From Okamejei kenojei (lineage: Eukaryota), in assembly GCA_035221665.1 (NCBI GenBank), contig CM069144.1, forward strand, positions 52,886,001 through 52,950,000: DNA of 64,000 nucleotides, written 5' to 3'. Position 1 is the first letter of the stretch. Each line of letters begins with the position of its first letter. A program made the translations under genes and the position numbers. Below the pieces are notes generated by a model. The model did no database searches. It was not told the origin of the DNA and saw only the letters and a list, made by a program, of their open reading frames with translations. Positions 1-12,151 of the stretch are shown in pieces.

Positions 1-739
1 TATTATTTTAACATGCATGGATGCAATTATGCACAATTCAAGGTAAATTTCTTGACTTTCATCAAATATTTCAATTTATCTGACATTTCTCATCGCATCA
101 TACAATGTCATGTCCACACAAACCATTTTCTTGATACTGTTTATGTACCAAGGAATACTTCAGTGCAGCTTCAGATTACCTCACAATATCACAACTAAAG
201 TAGATATCCCTTAAATTTATATTTTTATCCCCTCAGAACTCAACTTCAAAAATTCAATTTGATTAAAGATGATTTTAATATATAATAATTTATCGGGCAC
301 ACAGCAAAGAACCTCTTAGATTGACAAAACTTGCCATCATTAATATTTTTAATGAAATGACAACAGGAATTTGAATAAATCTAACCTATCTTTTATTGTT
401 TATTGTTTGGAACCTTGGCACGGTGCAAGTAGGAATTGATGGATACGCGCCTTCAATATCTAGCTGCGCAGACATAGCATTTAAAATATGATAAGTTCAT
501 TAATGCATGAATGAACCAGGATTCCTAATAACTAGAATTAAAAATATTTCAACATGCATCACTGTAGAACAGCAGAAATAAGAGAATGCGAGAAATTTCT
601 ATGACTACTGCCGCTTATTCTCAAGTTTTCAAATGAAGCATTTCAATTAGGTTGAAATAATTGGCCTTCAACAACAGTCTTTATGCTTGGTGCTAAATCT
701 AGCCAAGTATGCTCCTTGATATTAACCGGCTTCAATTTT

Positions 740-1150
740 AGCTAAGTTCTTTGATGCCGCACTCACTCAAATGATGGCCTAATTTCAAGATCCAAACAGT
801 TATCATAACTGGAGTGAACATATCTTAACCAAACTTAAACTCAACCAACAATTCACCAACTTGCTGATGATTGAGACTACACTATTGGAGCAAGTAGAAT
901 TAGATCTGTACTGCTTTTCATGATTCAGATCATCAGTGTAATTGTTCACATTCTCTGGATAATGCTTAGATTGCAGCACCCAAGGGTTAGACTGGCCAGA
1001 GGTAAAACTAGCTGTGGAAGGCAAACAGTCAGCACTTTATCCAGGATATCAACCGCATAACCTATGCTATACCCATTACACTTTTCCGTTTCTGGACATG
1101 ACAAGATGGATGAATTGCTTTTGTGCCTCAAATTGCCTCAAAGATACTAA
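740..1150 (-). mobile_element. Very old CR1-group LINE RT fragment
   Basis: Degenerate peptides VLTVCLPQLVLPLA and HEKQYRSNSTCSNSVVSIISKL resemble LINE RT N-terminal motifs (..CAPELA.PLA; HKK..KSNP.NYRPISLLSIISK). Confidence 0.4.
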
Positions 1151-2899
1151 AATGGTTGCCCTTATGCATCTTGTCGTACAAAGACAAAATGGGATATAAA
1201 TGGCAACGATAATATAAAATATTTTGGACAGTCAAAAGATTTTTCTTATTCAAATTAACCAATGGCCAGATTTTATGTAGCTAGACTCGTGAATCGGCAC
1301 ATAGAAAAAATAAACTGATTCAATGCAGATTAAAAATACAAGAGCAAGCTTCCAACGTTCTGCCCAAACCTATTGCCATTTTAGTGCTAGGACATTTCAG
1401 TTTCACATCTATAATCAGTTTCCTCCAGCTATTACCCACACAGAAAACAGTTTTCAGTCTTTGCTTGGCAATGATTTTTTAAAAAAGCCACATCAGCCAT
1501 CAACTAAATTATGATATATTTTGGGCACTTAAAATGGATATGCAGATGGAAATGATCCATCTTCCTTTATACTTTGGCTTCCACGCCCCCTCCCCCTAAA
1601 TTCCACACCACAGAAGTCTTCAACTCTTCAGAGCAGCCCAAACATCCTGATGCAATGCCCGTTTGTTAATTTTAATGAAAGATAATCCCAGTTTATTTTA
1701 ACTAACAAAATTAGAAGCTATATCATTAAAAAAAAAAATAGATTCCACAAAAGATTCCCCAAATCCAAGCCAAATAACATTCTTAGTTACTTTTTAGAGG
1801 GGTAGAGGCAGGGGGTTACCAAGAGTTCCACGAAAGCAAATTAACAGTATAGGGAAACAAAATGACAAATTGCAATATTTAATCTTAACCTCATGCTCCA
1901 GCAAAATACCCTTGGGTTTAGCTAAAATTTCACCCATTATCAATGATTATTCAATTTTATTTGCCCAATATTTTAAACAAATTCTTTATTAACTGATAAA
2001 ATTCCAAATATTCAGTGTTAAAATGTAATGCATCTGCTTTCAGGCTGTCAATAGAAATCTTAGCCCTGTTTACTTACAAATTGTGCAAGGACATCAGTGC
2101 CAGATTATATAACTTTCAATGCACCCTGAGCAGGAACATCACGTGAAACTGACCTGTAAGCATAGAAAAAAGTTACAGCCATTTTAACCTTTTTGAAATC
2201 ATTGTCATTTGGTCTTTTGGTGAAAGAGTAAGATGGGAATGGAAAAACTGTACATGGACTCAATACTAAAAAGTGAACAACATGTTTTGACGTCTTGAAA
2301 CATCTCTAATGATATACATTTACTCTCTTTTAGCTCGAGTCCCAATATCTCCAGGAATCTGAAATAAATGATACACCTCATCCCAATCAAAGAAAAACAA
2401 ATCCGATATTAATTGTAGATAATCATATTCAAAGTAAAGATTTGTTTATTATTCTTTGTGGTCAATAATTCAATTTGGCATTAAGGTATCCATGCAAATG
2501 TATACAAAATATTCTCGTAATATAAAGGACTGATCATACAATATGAAAAATAAAATTTCCTAACTATCTTGCTAATTCACAAGACAGAATAGCATTTTCA
2601 CGCCTAACGGAAAGAGTTAAAGATGCATAATTGCCAATAACATAGAACCATGTCAAAACAAACCACAAACCTAATCTTGGAACCAGTGAGGACTTTGAGG
2701 GAAAAACCTGACATCCACATCCGGAATTATCAGTTACTTCAGATTACAATGTTCAACACAACAATACTTTTTTTACTAGTTTACAAAAGTGCTTTATTAG
2801 CTCAGCTCATTACTTCAACATGTGACTAAGTTTGTCCATCAGTTGCTTGCCATTAAATATAATTCAGATTGCTGTAAACAGGCAAGAAACTTCACAAGA

Positions 2900-3021
2900 C
2901 ATAGAAAAAAGTAACTGCAGATGCTGGTTTACGAAAAGACACGGTGCTGGAGTATCTCAGCAAGTCAGGCAATATCACTGGAGAACATGGGTAGGTGACA
3001 TTTCAGTCAGGCTCTTCAGAC
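2900..3021 (-). mobile_element. Degenerate Penelope-like 3' end with decayed hammerhead motif
   Basis: Shares AACTGCAGATGCTGG and GCTGGAG..CTCAGC with other PLE ends; minus strand GTCTGAAGA..GAAATGTCACC. Confidence 0.6.
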
Positions 3022-4986
3022 CCCACTTGGATTTATGACCATTTTCCCAATTAAATACCAAGGCTTCACACTTAAATAAAAAAATAAAAGACCTTCCAAT
3101 GTTTAACCATTACCACACCCCCATGAACAAGAAGAGTCAAACATAGAACTGCAAGAAAACTCAGATCATACTTCATGAAAAATGCATAGCCAATATTTAT
3201 CTGCTCAAGATACCTAAAATCAACAATAAATGTAAAAAACATACTTTCTGCAATGGAGTAAGACGTTTTAAAACCAATGGCTTCAAATGTAAAGAAAGTA
3301 AAATGTCAAAATCTAGAATTAAACATTAGAAGTTAAAAAAAAAGCCCCAATTTGCTGTCAATTATTCAATCGTCCATTTTAAATCTAGCTACTGGAAGAA
3401 AAAAAGATCTCCATACCAAAAAAGCTAAAGTCTTAGCATAACCTAGTGGATAAAATACAGAAAGTTGAACATTTGAAAAAAATTATATAGTGAAGGCAGT
3501 CTGAAAATACGTACATTCGTGGCTGAAACTCAGACTTCCCTGAAACAAATTAAACTCACGTTTAACATAATACAGAGAAATGAAAGTGCTGCTGGTTGAA
3601 CAAACGTTGACGAAATGGTGCCGAACTTTAGCCGCTCTCTATAAAAGTTTCAGTAAATAATGTAAACATATTAGTCCTTGTTGAAATTAAGACAAACAAT
3701 GGGTTTGCGGAGATACACAGTGAGTTGGCCATTCCGGTTTACTTTTGCGGCCTACACAATACAGCTACTGTACCGTCATGGTAGTAACGAAATGGTTAAC
3801 TTATTATTTCAACGATAAACATCGCAGCAAAACACCACCACTATCCTTTGCTGTAAAATGCACAAGTTGCTTTTTCGAAGTACATCTTTAACCCATGAAG
3901 ACAAAATTACTGCGCACAGAATGGGGTTAATGTTATACTCGTCTGGTCCATGGAAAATATTACTAATCAGGCCTAGACAACAGGTCTTTTATTTGAGAGC
4001 GTTCGGTATGGTTATAAGCGGCCTACCTCGTACTGGGGTTTAAGCCCAACAATTAGAAGGGAGAGGGTTGAAGCAACTTTAGTTACTGTCAGGTTCAAGC
4101 TTAGTTGCCTCTATTACTAGATCATAAAGGCATTTTTAAAGAGCGAGGGAGGGGAAAGGGGGGGGGGGGGGGGGCAGTGGGGTGTCAGCGTCCAGGCCTG
4201 TGTTTCAGCATCAATCCCCGCTGTCGGAGTTACAGCTGTCGCCGGATGTGTGAACGTCAAACACCAAGTGCTGCTGGGAAGGAAGTCGAGGGGGCGGGAG
4301 AAAGAGGAAATTATTAAAATAAACTTCCTCTGGCAGCCCCCTCCCTCTGCCTCCTCCCCCCCCCCCCCCACCCCCACCTAAAAACAAAAACAAAATCCAA
4401 CCTTTAAACAAAAACCCACACGAAATGTTAAAAAGACCTTAAAGAATTAACTCGCAAAATATGGTTATTTGGTTCCTTGGCCTTTGGGCAAGGCTCAGCC
4501 GAGGCCGCTTCCTATTATCCTCGCACATACAGGAAAAAAGCCAAATGTGCTCACTCATTTTCAGAAAGAGAAACGAATCATATACTCTATAATAAAACAT
4601 GATACACACACATCCCTGCCACCCACTGGCATTCGCATATTTAAGAAACATTTAAAAGCGGTGGTAGGTGCAAGGAAATCTTGCACATCCTGGAAATAGG
4701 CAGAATAGGCTGAGGAATTCATTCTTGGTGCCAAGGAGGGGGGGGGGGGGGGAGGAGGAGAAAAAAAAGCTCAAAAATGTTTTTGCTTTAAAGATAAAGG
4801 AATCACACTGTCCGTCGTTTTTTTCCCCCCTCTTCCTTTCTCTTTCTTTTGCCACTGTTGGAAATAAATGTTATTACCTAGTTTGTTCCAATGCTACAGC
4901 CTGCCACCAGCTGACTCTGTGCCTCTCTCACTAAACTCTCGGCCACCGCGGCGACTCCACTGGGCCAGCCGGGCCCGCCCGCTCAC

Positions 4987-5350
4987 CCTGCTCGGCGCCC
5001 GTATCCCTCCCCGTCCGTCGCCGGGCCTCCTTCCCCTTGTTTCAAGTGGGCGGAATGGAGGAGGGGACAGAGGTGGTGTCACTCCCTTCCTGGCCCCACT
5101 AACCAAACAAACCAAAAATACCCCCCCCCTCCCTCTCATTCCACATTTACCAGGGTAAATATAATATTATCTCTTTCCTTTTTTTGTTTCGAAAAAAAAA
5201 AAAAACCCAAATACCCGTCCAGTCCGCAATATTTACAATTAGTCAACTCTTCTCGCTCCTCCGCCTGCCTCCAGGGGTATCACTGCGCGAGGGTCGTGAC
5301 CCCTGCCGGCCCTGCAAGTCCTGGGAACTGTTCGTCACAGTCACCGGTTG
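4987..5350 (-). other. TRIP12: Probable non-coding first exon of TRIP12 (intron 1 runs off the left edge)
   Basis: Minus-strand donor CAGG|GTGAGC at 4987/4986, weaker CTG|GTAAAT at 5151/5150; TRIP12 is head-to-head with FBXO36 in human. Identity inferred from synteny only; TSS unknown. Confidence 0.5.
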
Positions 5351-5587
5351 ACGTTGGCGATTACATGGCAATTTCCGCGAAATTTCTTTTTTTTTTTTTT
5401 TGTTGTTTTTTTTTTGGGGGGGTAATCGGTTCCGCTGAACGTTTCTTTCCGATGAAAGACACAATGAAGAGTTGCTAATGCATCTCTGGCGAATTTGCAG
5501 TGCGTGAACTTGCAGTGAAGTAAAACTAGTCGCGGCTGCCCTTGTTTACATTCGACGCCGTTGCTCTGGCAATGAAAAGCGTCCAAA

Positions 5588-5683
5588 ATGGCGTCGTTAC
5601 TGCAAGGCACACTTTTTGAAATGAGCGCACAAGCTCCTCCACCGAGTAAGGATTATTACCAGCTGCTGGTCACTAATTCTTTG
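5588..5683 (+). CDS. FBXO36: F-box only protein 36, coding exon 1 (MASLLQGTLFEMSAQAPPPSKDYYQLLVTNSL)
   Basis: ATG at 5588 (context CAAAATGGCG); 96 nt; matches recalled human N-terminus MASWLPETLFETVGQGPPPSKDYYQLLVTRSQ; phase-0 donor TTG|GTGAGT at 5684. Confidence 0.95.
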
Positions 5684-6029
5684 GTGAGTATATAAATCGA
5701 AACATTGATTAACACTGCCTTTAGGTCTGGTGCAATAGAGCAAGTTCGCGGGACGTGAACTTTACCTTTTGTCAGTCTCCACAGTGTTAAAAATATCTGA
5801 CTCGTTTGCTTTTGGTAAATTCAATTTTTTCCTGCCTTTTCAAAAAGTTATTATACTAGTAAGAAATGTTTTAATTACATCCTTTAAATTAGCGCATATT
5901 TAAAAAAAAATTAAGAACTCTAGTGAAGTATAACATTTTAATACCTCGGCAAAAAATGAAAAATGTATCTAATTTGTGTGTATGTTGTAAGATTTAAATA
6001 TAGTGCGAGAAAAATAGCATCTCCCGTTG

Positions 6030-6800
6030 CAGGTCCCGAAGAGCACAATGGCCTCCATCATTCTTAAATGGAAGAACTTGGGAACCACCAGGACTCTTCA
6101 TGGAGCTGGCCGCCTGGCCAAACTGTGCAATCGGGGGAGAAGGGCCTTGGTCAGGGAGGTGACCAAGAATTACTCCGTAAAAAGCACATGACAGCCCACT
6201 CGGAGTTTGCCAAAAGACGCCTAAAGGACTCTGCCATGAGAAACAAGATTCTCTGGTCTGATGAAACCAAGATTGAACTCTTTGGCCCGAATGCCAAGCG
6301 TCACGTCTGGAGGAAACCAGGTACCGCTCATCACCTGGCCAATACCATACCTTCGGTGAAGCATGCTGGTGACCAGCATCATGCTGTTGGGATGTTTTTC
6401 AGCGGCAAGAACTGGGAGACAAGTCAGGATCGAGGGGAAGATGAATGGAGCAAAGTACAGATCCTTGATGAAAACCTGCTCCAGAGCATTTTGCACCTCA
6501 GACTGGGGCGGAAGTTCACCTTCCGACAGGACAACGACCCTAAGCACACAGCCAAGACAACACAAAAGTGGCTTTGTGACAAGTCTGTGAATGTCCTTGA
6601 GGGCCCTGCCAGAGCCCAGACTTGAACCCGATTGAACATCTCTGGAGGGACCTGAAAATAGCTCCCCATCCAACATGACAGAGCTTGAAAGGATCTGCAG
6701 AGAAGAATGGGAGAAATTACCCAAATACAAGTGTGCCAAGCTTGTGGCGTCATACCCAAGAAGACTTGAGGCTGTAATCGCTGCCAAAGGTGCCTCAACA
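6030..6800 (+). mobile_element. Tc1-family transposase fragment (frameshifted, internally deleted, no TIRs seen)
   Basis: ILWSDETKIELFG, FRQDNDPKHTAK, LNPIEHLW, CAKLVASYPRRLEAVIAAKGAST in shifting frames. Confidence 0.92.
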
Positions 6801-6859
6801 AAACACATGCAGACACAGACACACACAAAAAAAAAAATCACCCCCACCCCCCCTTCTTG

Positions 6860-7090
6860 GTGGTTGTAGTGTTTAATAGCCTGATGCTGTTCTTGAACCT
6901 GGATGTTACAGTTTTCAGGCTCCTGTACCACCATCTTTATGGCAGGGGTGAAATGAGTGTGTGGCCAGGGTGGTGTGGGTCTCTGATTCTCTGCCTTTTT
7001 GAGGCAGCGACTGCTGTAAATCTCTTCAATGGTGGGAAGATCGGAATCAGTGATGGACTGGGTATTGGCAACATCATGGGCTTCTTGTAG
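6860..7090 (-). mobile_element. Rex1/Babar-like LINE 3' fragment
   Basis: Homologous to 56800-57020 (AGGCTCCTGTACCA, GAGGCAGCGACTG, GATGGACTGGG). Confidence 0.7.
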
Positions 7091-7874
7091 GACCAGCATG
7101 TTTCATTCTTCACAAAAAGGCAGTTGTTGCTTGAAAATTTCAGAGTTTTAATTGCAGTGACTTTCTTTTCCGTGCGATTTATGTGGACATCCAGGACATC
7201 AATTGTAGCACTCTTTTCAACTACTTTGTATTTTTTGTTCATTTGCAGAATACTTTGAGCATCTGCCTTTCACAAAAAATCTTCTGTTATTCCCCACAAA
7301 CACTACCTTTTTCAAATCAGATACAATAAGAAGGGCAATTGAGAATTGCAATATGAATTAAGTTTGCAGAGATAAAGGTCAAATCTTGAATACATTTTAC
7401 ATTAAGGATTTTTGTTTTGCTGTGTAGAATTTGTGTTGATATGATGGGGCACTTCAAGTGTTTGGAAAGGCCAAGCCCAATGGTTCACGGTTTGCATTTG
7501 AATGTTAGCCATTTTCTCGATTCAGAACCTGGATGTAATTTTTACTAGGTGAAATGTAGAATTGATTGCCATTAAAAACAAAATGATCATTAAGCAATCT
7601 CAATTGGGGGCATTGGAAATGACATGTTTTGTTAATCATAAGCAAAAACATTCGGAGATTAATTAATTACAGATGGTTTCTGAGCTGCTTCAGGGCTGTC
7701 CAATTCAAATGGCATCTGCCTTACTCCCAGGATTCCCAATAAGAAACATTTTAAGTGGCCATGATTATCTTTTCTCAAATGCAGGTGGGAAAATAACACG
7801 GCTTTCCTAAAATAGGCACAAATAAAGTTGTCACATTACTTGGTAATAGATAAAGAGATGCCGTCTTCACCGAG

Positions 7875-10080
7875 ATCCCAGGGTCACTCTCCTCATTAAC
7901 AGAACGAGTGTTATTGTTAAACTCAATACTGGAGCTCATTGTAACGTTCTGTCCATATCTGAGCTCCACAGGATTCGGAATGCTGAAGTCATAAAACAAA
8001 CTGCTGCTACATTACTTCCCTTTGGAGGGGGTGCAGTGCACCCTGTTGGAAGAGTCGAGTTAGTGCCATCTAGCGTCGCGTGTATACAATCTGAGCTTCT
8101 TTATTGTCCGAAATAAAGTGACCTCAGCGGTTTATCAACTATCTACAACACATGGCACCACTCAACAGTTCCTGTCACAATACGGAAATCTCTTTGGCAA
8201 CAAGCTTGGCAAGCTTCCCATAAAGTACACAATCACGACCAACCCAGAGGTTCTGCCAGTTGTCTGTCCCCCACCGGATTCCCCATGCTATGCGGGATCG
8301 TGTACAAAAATAACTCAACAGGATGGAGACTCGAGGTGTGATTGCTCCCGCTGTTGATCCATCGGACTGGGTCTCAACCATGGTAGTAGCAACCAAGAAG
8401 AACAAGGAAGAAATACAGATATGTATTAATCCCAAAGATTTAAACACTGCCATTAAACGACCACACTATCTCATGCGCACAGTGGAAGAAGTCTCAGGGC
8501 AACTGGGCAATGCAACAGTATTCTCAGTTCTAGATGCAAAGAGTTCATTCTGGCAGATTCCACTGGATCACAACTCTTCCAAGCGAACCACCTTCAGTAC
8601 ACATTTTGGATGTTACAAATTCCTGCGCATGCCGTTCGGCATAAACTCGGCAAGTGTAGCATTCCAGCGCGCCATGGAACAACTATTTGCTGGTTACCCT
8701 TGCTCAATCATTGTTGATGGCATTCTCATTGCTGGACAAAATGTCCAAGAACATGACGCAAATTTAAAGAGGGTTCTGGACCGCGCCAAAGAGATCAACC
8801 TCAAGTTTAACCCCCTAAAGTGCAAATTCCGGGTGAGTGAGGTGAACTACGTCAGTCATGCATTCACCCGATCCATCAAAGACTATTGCAATTAACGAGT
8901 TAGCAGCACACACAGATGTGACCAGCCTGCAGAGATTCCTTGGGAAACTATTTGGGAAAATTCAATCCGAATTTCAGCGAACTATCGGCCCCACTGTATC
9001 AGCTAACTCGCAAAGATACTGTATGGTTCTGGCATGAACAGCAGCAGAGGACGTTCAACACTCTTAAACGACAGATGTCTTGTGTCCCCACCCTCACCTA
9101 TTTCGATGTTAAGCTACCTATCACACTAACTTGTGACGCCTCCCAGTATGGCTTAGGAGCAGCCTGCCTTCAAAACAACGGTGACGGCAACAGACCTGCG
9201 GGCTATGCCTCACGCACCATGACTGATTATATACGTGAGAAGGTAGACTCCTGTGCGGTGTGGAACAGTTTGGCACCACTCCAACAAAAGCAGCCACTTC
9301 TCCCACACCCGGTTCCCGACCTCCACAGTGGCAACTGACATTTTTGATTGGCATGGCAAACGATACCTGATCCTAGTCGGCTCGTACTCCGGATGGTTTG
9401 AAATAGATCTACGTAGCCCCACCTCCTCAGTGGTAGTCCAGAAACTGGCACGCCATTTCTCTATCCACGGGGCTCCCTATCAACTACTTTCTGATAATGG
9501 CAGTCAATTTACCAGCCAGTACTTCAAAGACTTTGCTACATGCTGAGACTTTCATCATATCATCAGCAGCCCCGAATACCCACAGTCAAACGGGTTGGCT
9601 GAACCTGCTGTCAGGAGTGCCAAACAAGTGATGGAGTGATCTCACAGAGCAGGGTCAGACGTATTCCTAGACTTCCTCAACCTGCGCAACATGTCTTGTG
9701 ATCTTGTACTGGGGTCACCCACCCAGTGCCTGATGTCAAGACCGATCCTAGCCACACTGCCTGTGGCAAAACAGACCATAGAACCGCAAGTTCGCACAGC
9801 ATCCAAAATCCAATCCAAGCTACAACAAAAATGAGACGTTCAAAAAAGATGGTATGACAAAACGAGCAGACCACTCCCACCACTATCTAAGGGGCAAGTA
9901 GTCCATCTACAAACAGAAAAGGGTCACGGCCGCCTCGGTGTAATATCTCGAACTGCTCCCGAACCACGTTCATATCTGGTCAATGCCGACGGCGGCACCT
10001 ACAGATGTAATAGACAGCATACCTGCCTGTGAATGAACCAGCGCCATCTCTGCACCGTCCCGACCGCACAAGCATACTTC
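7875..10080 (+). mobile_element. Ty3/Gypsy (Mag-like) pol relic: protease, RT, partial RNase H, integrase
   Basis: Protease KLNTGAHCNVL (DTG mutated to NTG); RT VLDAKSSFWQI, RMPFGI, IIVDG (DD lost); RNase H LTCDASQYGLGA; integrase LLSDNGSQF, SSPEYPQSNGLAE; deletion near 9228 joins RNase H to integrase. Confidence 0.93.
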
Positions 10081-10081
10081 C

Positions 10082-10227
10082 ATCCCCCTTCTGACACCAT
10101 GTTGAATGATCAGACCCATACACGGGAGTAATAACTTTATTGTAACACAAGCGGAGGTAACATTACATGCTATCGTCTCCGTGGTAAGCATCTAGTCTGC
10201 CAGTGACAGTGACGTGCTATATTAACA
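10082..10227 (-). mobile_element. 128-bp LTR (10100-10227) plus tRNA-Leu primer-binding site
   Basis: TGTT...AACA termini, minus-strand AATAAA, followed directly by TGGTGTCAGAAGGGGGAT (17/18 complement to recalled tRNA-Leu 3' end). Confidence 0.75.
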
Positions 10228-11059
10228 TTATTAACAATCCAGGGTAGGGATGAAGATCTGGACTGGACTTGATATGGAATGTGACCATGCATAATATTTG
10301 TGGTGATAGATATAGTAAAGGCAGACTAATATGGTTAATCTACAGTTCAGTTCAGAACTAGCTGCCTAACTTTCAAGAGATCATTTTCAAAAGTGCAGAC
10401 AGCATATTTAATCACTCTTTCCGCAATGTCTAGAAGGATTAAAAAAACAATGTTTAGGAATATATTGTTTAAGCTTGATTTTAAATAAACACATTTGCAT
10501 TTACGTGGCACCTTTTCAAGATTTCACATTTTGCAATGCTTCAGTTGGAAGCTGTATTTTAACTTCTAGTTAGACATTTGTAGTTGATCTGATCTGATCT
10601 GCTGCACATAGCCTTTGTGCCATTCTTGTGGTCAGTGTTACTACTTCCAGCCTAATTGTCACGTTGATCCTGTTGCCGTGGAATGGTCTGTGAGCAGCAG
10701 CCAGTCCTAAGGCAGTGAATTCTGAGATCCTGCCCCAAAGCCATTTTAAAAACTGGATTTAAATTTAATGTTTTTTAAAGAAAAAATGAAGTTTACATAA
10801 TAGCTTTAAACTCATTGAAGCCTTTTTTTTCCTCCAAGACGTTTGATACTATGAGGTTTTCATCTACTTCAGTGACATAATTAATGATCACTTCTAGATT
10901 GGCTTCTAAACAAGAGTCTTCAACACACAGTAAATCTCTATACTTTCTGGATCATCACATCTTGGGAGCTGATATATCAAATCATCATTGTAATTAAAGG
11001 ACCAAGAACTATAGGTTGCTGATAAAGCAGGACTGAAATCGCCCCAGGTTTAATTAGAG

Positions 11060-11175
11060 CAGGGGTCGGCAACCTTGTTCTGCCTAGGGCCCTGGACGCA
11101 TGTCTGTGAGCGGATGGCGGGCCACATCTATCACGTGTACACATGGATCCTGCCCCAGATGGCAGGCATCAAATC
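11060..11175 (+). mobile_element. hAT/Charlie-like left terminus
   Basis: CAGGGGTCGGCAACC terminal motif; matching right end not found. Confidence 0.5.
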
Positions 11176-11189
11176 ACGTGTTCACAGAA

Positions 11190-11320
11190 GGTAGACAAAA
11201 ATGCTGGAGAAACTCAGCGGGTGAGGCAGCCTCATGCAATCCTGCATGTCTCACCCACTGAGTTTCTCCAGCATTTTTTGTCTGCCTTCGATTTTTCCAG
11301 CATCTGCAGTTCTTTCATAA
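11190..11320 (+). mobile_element. PLE-derived hairpin insertion with 14-bp TSD
   Basis: Inverted arms AGACAAAAATGCTGGAGAAACTCAG / CTGAGTTTCTCCAGCATTTTTTGTCT; TSD ACGTGTT(C/A)ACAGAA at 11176-11189 and 11321-11334. Confidence 0.8.
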
Positions 11321-11459
11321 ACGTGTTAACAGAAAGTGCGCGGCTGTGCCGGCGGCTTTGCACAGGATGCGGTACAGCCAGAGCTCGGGGCGCCCGGATG
11401 AGGACAGGGGAAAGGTCACCCAAACTGGAAGAGGACAAGATGAGAGTTTTAGTAATAGT

Positions 11460-11460
<1 letters not shown>

Positions 11461-11513
<53 letters not shown>
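11461..11513. repeat. (GATA)n(GACA)n microsatellite
   Basis: Seen directly; another (GATA)n at ~16047-16103. Confidence 0.95.
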
Positions 11514-11901
11514 GGAGTGTAGCAATGTTACAAAATTTTGACATTTTAAAAATCAAGTCTGCAATTTATCCCATCAGATAAAGCATAAAAAGAAGTTTAA
11601 TTTGACACCAAATTCACTTCCATATCTTCAGTATTAAAACATTTTCACTTATTATAGATTGAAGCATTCTGAAACAAATATAAAACATAGAAATATAGAT
11701 ATATAAAATATAGAAATTAAAGCATATAATTAGTTAATTACCTAATTGTAGTCAATTACAAAATTGACCATTGTGACGGAAACAGTAATAAACACCCAGA
11801 CTGCCTTGAGAATTCAAAAATGCGATATTCTCAAGATCAGAACTTTAATATTATTGTATTTATATGCTGTAAGTCTGTAAGAGTTAGGTAAATTACAATT
11901 T

Positions 11902-12151
11902 CTAGCAATAGACCAAGTCTTTATGTAGAAGATCAGTTGCTAGCTGGTACATTGGCATATCATAATCAGTAGCATCATCATACTCCTCAGATTGTAACCA
12001 ATAAGCAACTCTGTATAACTCTGTATACCTTGATTTTCCTCAACTTTTCAATTTTGGCATTGTAAACTACAAGTTTTTGCTCTTCAAACCACGCATGACA
12101 TGCCTTTCTGCCCACTACTTTCCCATTAAGAATGTCCTGTAGATTCCATTT
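11902..12151 (-). pseudogene. Captured coding fragment, Spin/Ssty-like Tudor domain
   Basis: Removing a 10-bp duplication (12007-12026) gives KWNLQDILNGKVVGRKACHAWFEEQKLVVYNAKIEKLRKIKVYRVAYWLQSEEYDDATDYDMPMYQLATDLLHKDLVYC*. Confidence 0.55.

Larger units (their letters stand above)
4930..5770. promoter_or_regulatory. CpG island, probable bidirectional TRIP12/FBXO36 promoter
   Basis: High CpG/GC density in AT-rich surroundings; YY1-type CAAAATGGCG over the FBXO36 ATG; double-stranded E2F-like TTTCCGCGAAA near 5372-5382. Confidence 0.75.

Noticed and set aside
7673-7784. 112-nt AG/GT-bounded open segment, phase-compatible with replacing FBXO36 exon 2
   Set aside because: No pyrimidine tract, weak donor, no similarity to exon 2; expected by chance in a 37-kb intron.
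7940-8155. Apparent 5' LTR (TGTAAC..AATAAA..ACA then TGGCACC)
   Set aside because: It translates as Gypsy protease and linker (KLNTGAHCNVL..LLPFGGGAVHPVGRVEL); no second copy.
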